A stretch of 64,000 bases of DNA, from contig OY764216.1 of NCBI GenBank assembly GCA_963668315.1, positions 3,392,001 through 3,456,000 on the forward strand, read 5' to 3'. This document shows positions 56,737 through 64,000 of the stretch, in pieces. This DNA is from Spirochaetia bacterium (lineage in GTDB: Bacteria > Spirochaetota > Spirochaetia > DSM-2461). The translations under genes and the position numbers were made by a program. Every line of letters starts with the position of its first letter. Position 1 is the stretch's first letter. Below the pieces are notes generated by a model. The model had not been told where the DNA came from. It saw nothing but the letters and a program-made list of their open reading frames with translations, and searched no databases.

Positions 56737-58803
56737 TTATCCCTGCGAAATTAATTCAATATCGAAGGGAGGAGAACGGTGAAAAAGTTCCCTCAGTGAC
56801 GCGTTTTCTTCGCTTAATAAACCGGGATCCCCTATAAGAATGCTCTCCGCTTTGTCACGGGCCCAGAGCAGAAGATCCCTGTCCCGGGTGAGGTCGGCAA
56901 TGGAGAGTTTCATAAATCCCGATTGGCGGCAGCCGGCGATATCTCCCATGCCCCTCAGCTTGAGATCTTCTTCGGCTATCATAAAACCGTCTCCATGTTC
57001 TTTCATTATCATCATGCGCTGCTTTCCCTCGTCGGTCAGTCCTTCATCAAAGACAAGAAAACAGTAGGATTGATGCTCTCCTCTTCCCACGCGGCCTCTG
57101 AGCTGATGGAGAGCGGACAATCCGAAACGTTCCGCCTGTTCCACCACCATGACCGTGGCATTGGGGACGTCCACGCCCACTTCCACCACGCTTGTGGCGA
57201 CCAGAATATTGACTTCTCCTCTGCTGAAGGCCGCCATGGAAGCTCGTTTCTCCTCTTCCCCTATACGGGAATGAATCAGGGCGCAGCGGTAGGAGGGGAA
57301 GGCTTTCTCGTCGATAAAACGGAACATGGACTCCGCGTCTTTTAACGTGAGCTTATCCGACTGTTCGATCAGGGGATAGACAAAATAGGCCTGCCGCCCT
57401 TTGGCCAGTTCGCCATGGACAAAGTCATAAACCTTGAATTCATTTCCTTTCTTCGCCAGATGGGTAATAATCGGCTTACGGCCCCGGGGCATGGTTTTAA
57501 TGGAACTGATATCCAGATCACCGAAGGCGGTCAGCGAAAGAGTCCGGGGAATGGGCGTTGCCGTCATCAGGAGAAGGTCCGGTTTATTTCCCTTTTCCGC
57601 AAGGGATAATCTCTGCTTCACGCCGAATCGATGCTGTTCGTCCACAATTACCAGGCGCAGTTCCTTAAAGAGCACGTCTTCAGTAAAAAGGGCATGGGTT
57701 CCCAGGATAAGATCTATCCGCCCCTCATGCAGTTCCTTAAGAAGGAGCTGCCGTTCTTCCGTTCCTATCTGCCCGGAGAGGAACGCCAGGCGCACGCCAA
57801 GAGGTTCGAGGAGCTTGGCGGCATTTTCTCCGTGCTGCCGGGCCAGAAGCTCTGTGGGGGCCATCATCGCCACCTGGCCGCCTGATTCGATAACGGGCAG
57901 GGCCGTTATGAAGGCCACCAGGGTTTTCCCCGACCCGACTTCCCCCTGAACCAGCCGGTTCATGATTCTGCCGCCGTCCATATCCTCTATGATCTGTTCA
58001 ACCGCTTTGCCCTGGTCATCGGTCAGGGCAAAGGGAAGGGATGAAACAAATTTGTCCATCAGCGTACGGGGAAGGGGGGGGCGGGTCTGTTTCCCCGCCC
58101 GGTGGACCTGGGCGTTCCTTCCTATGGTCAGCTGCAGATGAAGCAGTTCTTCCCGTATGAGAGCTTCCCGGGCTTTGTCAACTTCTGCCAAATGGCGAGG
58201 CAGATGAATCTGCCTGAGCGCCTGGCTCTTTTCGGGAAGATTATACTCTTTAAGAAGAGAGGGTGGGAGTTCCGAATCTATGTTGAGGGCCCAGTCATTC
58301 AAGGCCTGCCGAATCGCTTTACGCAGCGTCTTCTGCTGGAGGCTGCCTGACAGGGGATAGACGGGAAGGACCATGCCGAAGTCAGAGGGATGATCGGATA
58401 CTTCCTCAAAATCAAAAGCTCCGGTTTGAAGCTCTCCGTATTTATAGAGAAAGCTGCCGGAAAGAAAGATTTCCGTTCCGACGGCGAGGCGGCGCTCCAG
58501 AAAGTTGCGGCCGAAGCAGAGAAGTGATGCCGTAGCGGTGCCATCTTCCACGAGAACCTTAAGGGCTCTTTTTCTCCCATGGCCTATCCAGTCATGCGCC
58601 ACGACGGTGGCTCTGGTGTTGACCGCCTCCCCCTCGCTCGCCATGGAAAGCGGTCGGGGGGTCATCCGGTCATCGTAACGTACGGGATAATGGGTCAGCA
58701 GATTTCCTATGGAATGAATTCCCAGGTGAGCGAGGTCGGAAGCCGCTGTCTTTCCTATTCCGTTGAGGCGGGATACGTTTTGCTTCAGCTCAGACAAAAA
58801 CAC
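56737..58803 (-). CDS. recG: ATP-dependent DNA helicase RecG
   Basis: QGEVGSGKT, APTELLARQH, DEQHRFGV, TATPIPRTL, LHQLRGRVGR. Confidence 0.96.
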   Translation of the reverse strand: MFLSELKQNVSRLNGIGKTAASDLAHLGIHSIGNLLTHYPVRYDDRMTPRPLSMASEGEAVNTRATVVAHDWIGHGRKRALKVLVEDGTATASLLCFGRNFLERRLAVGTEIFLSGSFLYKYGELQTGAFDFEEVSDHPSDFGMVLPVYPLSGSLQQKTLRKAIRQALNDWALNIDSELPPSLLKEYNLPEKSQALRQIHLPRHLAEVDKAREALIREELLHLQLTIGRNAQVHRAGKQTRPPLPRTLMDKFVSSLPFALTDDQGKAVEQIIEDMDGGRIMNRLVQGEVGSGKTLVAFITALPVIESGGQVAMMAPTELLARQHGENAAKLLEPLGVRLAFLSGQIGTEERQLLLKELHEGRIDLILGTHALFTEDVLFKELRLVIVDEQHRFGVKQRLSLAEKGNKPDLLLMTATPIPRTLSLTAFGDLDISSIKTMPRGRKPIITHLAKKGNEFKVYDFVHGELAKGRQAYFVYPLIEQSDKLTLKDAESMFRFIDEKAFPSYRCALIHSRIGEEEKRASMAAFSRGEVNILVATSVVEVGVDVPNATVMVVEQAERFGLSALHQLRGRVGRGEHQSYCFLVFDEGLTDEGKQRMMIMKEHGDGFMIAEEDLKLRGMGDIAGCRQSGFMKLSIADLTRDRDLLLWARDKAESILIGDPGLLSEENASLRELFHRSPPFDIELISQG

Positions 58804-58817
58804 CGTCTATACCACTT

Positions 58818-59396
58818 CTATAGGCGGTAAAGAAAATTCACAAGCCAGGTAAATCCGATTTGAAGGCCGACCCGCAACACGAGAAGGGAGACCAGGGAAA
58901 CGATGATACCCTGGGTCATGTGATAGGTCTGTTTTCCGAAAAGGGACATGACCCGGTCGGTGATTCTATAGAGAAGATTATTCAGTCCGCCCAGCATGAT
59001 ATTGCGTCCCATAAGGTTCGCCACAAGGAAGACTATGAGCATAATAATAATGATATTCATGAAGAACGCGGCAAATCCCCAGATATCCCTGATCAGATAG
59101 GCCAGAATCATTCCGATGGTAACGGCCTGTCCGATGGCGAGGTGGGAGGTGATGTTAATGGCCAGGCCCAGAAGAATAAACGCCAGGACGGGTGAAAAAT
59201 CCAGCATCCCGAATCTAAGCCATTCGATGCCGCGGAATTTATCCAGGTAGGGATCGACTAGGGAGCCCAGCAGTCTTTTGGGGTAATCGAGAGAAGGGTG
59301 ATGAAACCATGTCAGCAATATCCGAATAAACAGCAGCAGGGAATAAAAAGAGAGAAGGCCCGATATAACCCTCATGGTTGTCTGAAATATGTTCAT
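58818..59396 (-). CDS. YggT-family membrane protein
   Basis: IRILLTWF...LVDPYL...LDFSPVLA; AAGGAG before ATG 59396. Confidence 0.85.
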   Translation of the reverse strand: MNIFQTTMRVISGLLSFYSLLLFIRILLTWFHHPSLDYPKRLLGSLVDPYLDKFRGIEWLRFGMLDFSPVLAFILLGLAINITSHLAIGQAVTIGMILAYLIRDIWGFAAFFMNIIIIMLIVFLVANLMGRNIMLGGLNNLLYRITDRVMSLFGKQTYHMTQGIIVSLVSLLVLRVGLQIGFTWLVNFLYRL

Positions 59397-59449
59397 GTGT
59401 GCTCCTTGGAGTATACTTCTTTTAAGATAATAAAAAACATCCTTCCGGT

Positions 59450-62400
59450 CTATTCTTTCCACACGGAAGTTACCAGCGGATGATTCTGGTAACGCTCGAG
59501 GGCATCGGGACCACTGGAAACGGCGAACTGGGGAGACGCCCGGACAATGGTCGGTTTGTCCCTGTGGCTAAGATGGAAAAAGACGGAACAGTTCCCCGGA
59601 TGGGCCGTCAGAAAAGAGGCGAAATCGATAAGGTCATCATCCTCAAGGTTTTCCGGCTCCATTTCCAGATGGATCTCCCGTACCGACTGTTCTTTCAGCT
59701 CTTCGGGGGAAATGAGCCTTTCCACTTTCAAAGACGGGGCGTCGCGGCGGAAATCCACCTTGCCGGCAAATCCGATGACGGCATCCGGGCCCAGCAGATG
59801 GCCGAACTCTTCAAACTGACGTCCGAACATGGCAAATTCCACCTGACCCTCGAAATCTTCCAGGGTGCCGAAGGCCATTCTCTTACCCGTTTTGGAAAGG
59901 AGGACTTTATAATCCTTGATCATTCCCAGAATCGTGTACTCCTTGTTCGCCATGGCCCTCTCGGGATTTTTCAGATCCAGGGTTGTGGCTTTCTCCCAGA
60001 TTTTTCTGTATTCATCCAGGGGATGGCCGGAGAAATAGAACCCCAGGTTCTCCTTTTCCAGCCTCAGAACCTCTTTCTTGGGCATCGGTTCGAGTATTTC
60101 GAATTCAATATCCGGATTGATCTCTTCGTCGCATTCCCCGAAAAGGGAGGACTGCCCGTATTTTACCAGATCTTTCCTCTTCGAGATGATCTCCATGATC
60201 CTTTCCATATTATGGAGAAGGGTGGAGCGGTTATGCTCGTCTATCCTGTCAAAAAGTCCCGACTGGATGGAGACCTCCACCACCTTTTTATTGACGCTCC
60301 CCGTTTCCATTCTCTCCAGAAAATCAATGAAGGACGAAAAGGGGCCGTGGGCGTCCCGCTCTCTCATGATGGCATCGACGGCGGCGCTTCCCATCCCCTT
60401 TATACCGACAAGGCCGTAATAGATCTTTCCGTCGTTCACGGTGAAATATTTTTCCGAGATATTCATGTCGGGAGGCATGATTTCCAGGTCCATGTCGCCG
60501 CAGTGGTCCATGTAAAGTTTGAACGCGTCGGGGCTGCTGATTTCGTTGGTCAGGTTGGCCGCCATGAATTCGGCGGGAAAATTGGCTTTGCAGTAGGCGG
60601 TCTTGTAAGCCACCACCGAATAGGCCGCCGCATGGGACTTGTTGAAACCGTAGCCGGCGAAGGGTTCGAGCATTTCGAAAATATAGGTGGCGTGTTTCTC
60701 GTCTTTGCCCTTTTCCTTGGCTCCGGCGACGAACTCCACCTTCATCTTCTCCATGTCCTTGACCTTTTTCTTACCCATGGCCCTTCGGAGAATATCGGCC
60801 TTACCCAGGCTGAAGCCGCCTATTATCTGGGCGACCTTCATAACCTGTTCCTGATAGACGATAACGCCGTAGGTCGGTTTGAGCAGCTCCTCCAGGTCGG
60901 GATCGGGGTATTTGATGGAGGCGGGATTCTTCTTGCCCTCGATGTACTGGGGTATGAACTGCATGGGGCCCGGGCGGTAGAGGGCGTTCAAGGCGATCAT
61001 GTCTTCAATACACTCCGGTTTGGCGTCGCGCAGAATTTTCTGCATACCGGCACTTTCAAACTGGAAAATGGCCGTACTGTCCCCCCGGGAGAGCATATCG
61101 AAGGTTTTCTTGTCGTCATCGGGAACGTCGTCTACGCGGAAACCGGGTATGGTCTTCTGAATGAGCTTTTCCGTATTTTTCAGAACGTCCAGAGTCTTGA
61201 GCCCCAGAAAGTCCATTTTCACAAGACCGCAGGGCTCGATGATGTCCATGGTGTATTCGCTGGTGATTTCCCCCGATTTCTGGTCCTTGTAGAGGGGAAC
61301 GAAATCGGTAAGCATCGATTTGCCGATAACCTTGCCGCAGGCATGGGTCGAGATATTCCGGTTCATGCCTTCGAGGATGGCGGCGGTTTCAAAAAGTTCC
61401 CTGTATACGCCGCCCCTGTCGTAGAAAACCTTGAGCTCGGGGACGTTTTCGAGGAAGTATTCCACCTTGCTCTTTTTCCAGTCCTTGGGCGGTTTATCCT
61501 CGGGAACGACCTTGGTAATGGCATTCGATTCATTGAAGTCGATATCCAGTACGCGGGCCACGTCCTTGAGTACGGCCTTGGTTTTCAGTGTACCGAAGGT
61601 GCAAATGCCGCCGACCTGGTCATAGCCGTATTTCCTGGTGACGTAGTCAACCACGTCGCCCCGTCTTTCATTGCAGAAGTCCACGTCGAAGTCGGGCATG
61701 GAGACACGCTCGGGATTAAGGAACCGCTCGAAAAGCAGGTCATAAAGAAGCGGGTCGATATCGGTTATGCCCAGGGCATAGGCGACGATGGACCCGGCTC
61801 CCGAACCGCGTCCCGGTCCAACGGGAATATCGTTCTTTTTAGCCCAGTCGATGAAATCCCAGACGATAAGAAAATAGCCGGGGAAACCCATCTGCTCGAT
61901 GGTGGCCAGTTCGAATTCGGCCCGGTCTTTAATATCTTCGGTTACTTCATTGTATCTCTTTTCAAGCCCCTGGAATACCAGATGCTTCAGGTAGACCATG
62001 GGATCGCCGAACTCTTCGGGAATATAGTAATCGGGTAGTATGGGGCCGGGCTGGGGAATGGTCAGGTCGCATTTCTCCGCCAGTTTGACCGTATTATCCA
62101 GAGCTTCGGGACACTGGGGAAAAAGGGCGCGCATCTCCTCTTCCGTCTTGAAGTAGAGCTCCTTGCTCAGGGTCATGCGGTTGGTCTCATTCTTTTTTCT
62201 CTGCGTACCGATGCACAGAAGAATGTCGTGGGCGTTGGCATGTTCCTTCTTGTAGAAGTGAATGTCATTCGTCGCGATCAGCGGAATATTCAGCTCCCGG
62301 GACAAACGGATAAGGCCTTCGTTGGCGATATCTTCCTGGGGCAGATTGTGGTCCATCACTTCCAGGTAGAAATTCCCTTCTCCGAACAGATCGCGGTAGT

Positions 62401-62890
62401 ATAGGGCCTTATCCCGTGCCTTATTATAATCGCCCTGTATCAGATTGTGGGCGACTTCGCCGGCGATACAGGCGCTGGAAGCGATCAGCCCTTCGTGATG
62501 CTGCTCCAGAAGCTCATCATCAATCCGCGGTTTGTAATAAAAACCTTCCGTATATCCCCGGGACGCCAGAACCATAAGGTTTTTGTAGCCCGTATCATTC
62601 TTGCAGTAGAGGCAGAGATGATAGTACTGCCGGCCTTTGGCATCCGTGTTTTTCGCCTTGATGTGCCGGGAGCCCGACGCCACATAGGCTTCCATCCCGA
62701 TAACGGGGTTTATGCCGGCTTTATGGCAGGCCTGTTCGAAGCGCAGTGCTCCGAAGAGGTTGCCGTGGTCGGTCAGCCCCAGGTGTTTCATGCCCTGTTC
62801 CTGGGCTTCTTTTACATACCAGTCTATTTTGACCGCTCCGTCGAGGAGCGAGTAATCGGAATGATTATGAAGATGAACGAAATTTCCCAT
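59450..62890 (-). CDS. dnaE: DNA polymerase III alpha subunit
   Basis: FVHLHNHSDYSLLDG, GPGRGSGAGS, MPDFDVDF, KMDFLGL, YGFNKSHAAAY. Confidence 0.97.
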   Translation of the reverse strand: MGNFVHLHNHSDYSLLDGAVKIDWYVKEAQEQGMKHLGLTDHGNLFGALRFEQACHKAGINPVIGMEAYVASGSRHIKAKNTDAKGRQYYHLCLYCKNDTGYKNLMVLASRGYTEGFYYKPRIDDELLEQHHEGLIASSACIAGEVAHNLIQGDYNKARDKALYYRDLFGEGNFYLEVMDHNLPQEDIANEGLIRLSRELNIPLIATNDIHFYKKEHANAHDILLCIGTQRKKNETNRMTLSKELYFKTEEEMRALFPQCPEALDNTVKLAEKCDLTIPQPGPILPDYYIPEEFGDPMVYLKHLVFQGLEKRYNEVTEDIKDRAEFELATIEQMGFPGYFLIVWDFIDWAKKNDIPVGPGRGSGAGSIVAYALGITDIDPLLYDLLFERFLNPERVSMPDFDVDFCNERRGDVVDYVTRKYGYDQVGGICTFGTLKTKAVLKDVARVLDIDFNESNAITKVVPEDKPPKDWKKSKVEYFLENVPELKVFYDRGGVYRELFETAAILEGMNRNISTHACGKVIGKSMLTDFVPLYKDQKSGEITSEYTMDIIEPCGLVKMDFLGLKTLDVLKNTEKLIQKTIPGFRVDDVPDDDKKTFDMLSRGDSTAIFQFESAGMQKILRDAKPECIEDMIALNALYRPGPMQFIPQYIEGKKNPASIKYPDPDLEELLKPTYGVIVYQEQVMKVAQIIGGFSLGKADILRRAMGKKKVKDMEKMKVEFVAGAKEKGKDEKHATYIFEMLEPFAGYGFNKSHAAAYSVVAYKTAYCKANFPAEFMAANLTNEISSPDAFKLYMDHCGDMDLEIMPPDMNISEKYFTVNDGKIYYGLVGIKGMGSAAVDAIMRERDAHGPFSSFIDFLERMETGSVNKKVVEVSIQSGLFDRIDEHNRSTLLHNMERIMEIISKRKDLVKYGQSSLFGECDEEINPDIEFEILEPMPKKEVLRLEKENLGFYFSGHPLDEYRKIWEKATTLDLKNPERAMANKEYTILGMIKDYKVLLSKTGKRMAFGTLEDFEGQVEFAMFGRQFEEFGHLLGPDAVIGFAGKVDFRRDAPSLKVERLISPEELKEQSVREIHLEMEPENLEDDDLIDFASFLTAHPGNCSVFFHLSHRDKPTIVRASPQFAVSSGPDALERYQNHPLVTSVWKE

Positions 62891-62912
62891 CCTGTTTTCC
62901 TCCCAGGAGGTA

Positions 62913-63779
62913 TTATGCCCCGTTTTCACTCCTTTGGTAAAGGAAATTCAGGATACAATTGTAAATTGAGCGGATTAATTTTTCCTGGCCGCCCCAGCCC
63001 AGTTTTTCTGCGGCGCCTTTGGAAATCCCTTCCACTTCCCTTGCCGCATTGCCCACCATTCTGCCCGATACATGGGCTTCCTTTTCCCTGTCCCGGAAGA
63101 GATCTCCCCCCTCAAGGGCGAAGGAAAAGCGGAAGTCCGAGATATAGTTGCGGCTTATATCGGCCGACATAGCCAGGTAAAGGGTCTGTTTTCCCAGGGT
63201 AATCTGACGGATCTGTGCCTGTCCCCATGTGTTGGAGGGAATACGCATTCTTAAAACAACATCCCCCGCTTCGAATTTGATATCCCCCTGCTGGAAAAGC
63301 TGATTGTGGTATACCCAGTGGTTGACCGATGAGATTCCCCGCCATCTGTGAGTCTTGAGCCTGCGAATCTCATAGGACACTTCCATGACGTTGAAAAGCA
63401 GATTGACCGGCGTGGGAATCCGGCCGGAATAGAGAACCCCCGCCGGTGTCGTGAGGCAAAGCTTGGCAGGGTTGTAAACTCTCTTAAGGGTATGGATGAA
63501 AACCGGCGGGAGAAGATGGCCCGCCTTATTGAACAGAGCCGAGAAAGAGACGGCGCTTCCGCAGTCGATGTAGGAGTCGCTCCGGCTGATCCTTTTCAGC
63601 TCCTCCACCTCATCCAGGCTTATCATATCCGATTCAAGCCGATAGGAGGTGCCCGGCGCTTCCGCCGCTTCGGGATACATCCTTCCCGAATAGAAGGGAA
63701 AGGTCCCCTCCGTTCTCAGAAGATTATGGAGTTCCCCCAGGCTGGCGGGATAGAAAATCCTATCTTCTCTCCCTGGCAT
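62913..63779 (-). CDS. Divergent FAD-binding subunit of xanthine/CO dehydrogenase type
   Basis: YPASLGEL...ISLDEVEELKRI...IDCGSAVSFS resembles the FAD_binding_5 N-terminus; follows a 2Fe-2S subunit. Confidence 0.5.
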   Translation of the reverse strand: MPGREDRIFYPASLGELHNLLRTEGTFPFYSGRMYPEAAEAPGTSYRLESDMISLDEVEELKRISRSDSYIDCGSAVSFSALFNKAGHLLPPVFIHTLKRVYNPAKLCLTTPAGVLYSGRIPTPVNLLFNVMEVSYEIRRLKTHRWRGISSVNHWVYHNQLFQQGDIKFEAGDVVLRMRIPSNTWGQAQIRQITLGKQTLYLAMSADISRNYISDFRFSFALEGGDLFRDREKEAHVSGRMVGNAAREVEGISKGAAEKLGWGGQEKLIRSIYNCILNFLYQRSENGA

Positions 63780-64000
63780 AGTGCTCCTCCAGGGCAATCT
63801 GTATGCCCATTTCCAGTGAATCCGGTCCTATGCAGGGACATTTCACGATATTTATCTGTTCCCTTATCTCCTCCGGATCGGGGTTCCGCCCCTGGAGAAT
63901 CAGGGCCCCCAGGGAGAGGACGCGGGCGGGGGCGCAGAAATCGCAGAGCACGACACCGGCCCGTTTGAAACCCTTCTCGATAAGGGGGAAGAGGGGATTC
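63760..64000 (-). CDS. C-terminal part of a (2Fe-2S)-binding subunit (CoxS/XdhC-like), truncated by the window edge
   Basis: CDFCAP...P..EEI...KCPC matches the CGFC...CxC second cluster motif. Confidence 0.6.
   Translation of the reverse strand, partial: NPLFPLIEKGFKRAGVVLCDFCAPARVLSLGALILQGRNPDPEEIREQINIVKCPCIGPDSLEMGIQIALEEHYARERR

Noticed and set aside
59480..62038. 852-aa plus-strand ORF
   Set aside because: Antisense shadow of dnaE in GC-rich DNA; no recognisable motifs

Overview
Probable spirochaete chromosome (inferred from the gene style and the Leptospira/Treponema-like attC sites; not proven). Bases ~56.6-64 kb are housekeeping: tRNA-Pro(GGG), recG, yggT, dnaE and two molybdo-hydroxylase-like subunits. 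Everything left of tRNA-Pro looks accessory. (1) 1-6.5 kb: a CHC2/Toprim primase-helicase and two tandem XerC/D-like recombinases sit directly upstream of an orphan Rhs toxin tip, an immunity lipoprotein and a structured repeat. (2) 9.2-19.2 kb: an 11-gene type II secretion cluster, divergent from a 2845-aa Ig-repeat protein and a 3472-aa signal-peptide Rhs toxin with an M23-peptidase tip. (3) 37.7-43.6 kb: a tandem array of [Rhs core - toxin tip - immunity - structured repeat with a dif-like 11-6-11 palindrome - hairpin leader] units. The repeat and leader are the same ones found beside the primase/Xer module 33 kb away, which suggests autonomous and non-autonomous mobile units that swap the Rhs toxin tip. 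This is the best candidate for an undescribed system. (4) 45.8-53.3 kb: a six-cassette integron-type array with attC sites and a putative attI but no intI. An IS110 sits in one attC core, an IS256 sits in one cassette gene, and a recurrent C-ANGGAW-G loop hairpin lies at cassette ends. (5) An island integrase and a tRNA-Leu 3' fragment next to tRNA-Pro. Protein family calls come from motif recognition by eye; no searches or folding programs were run.
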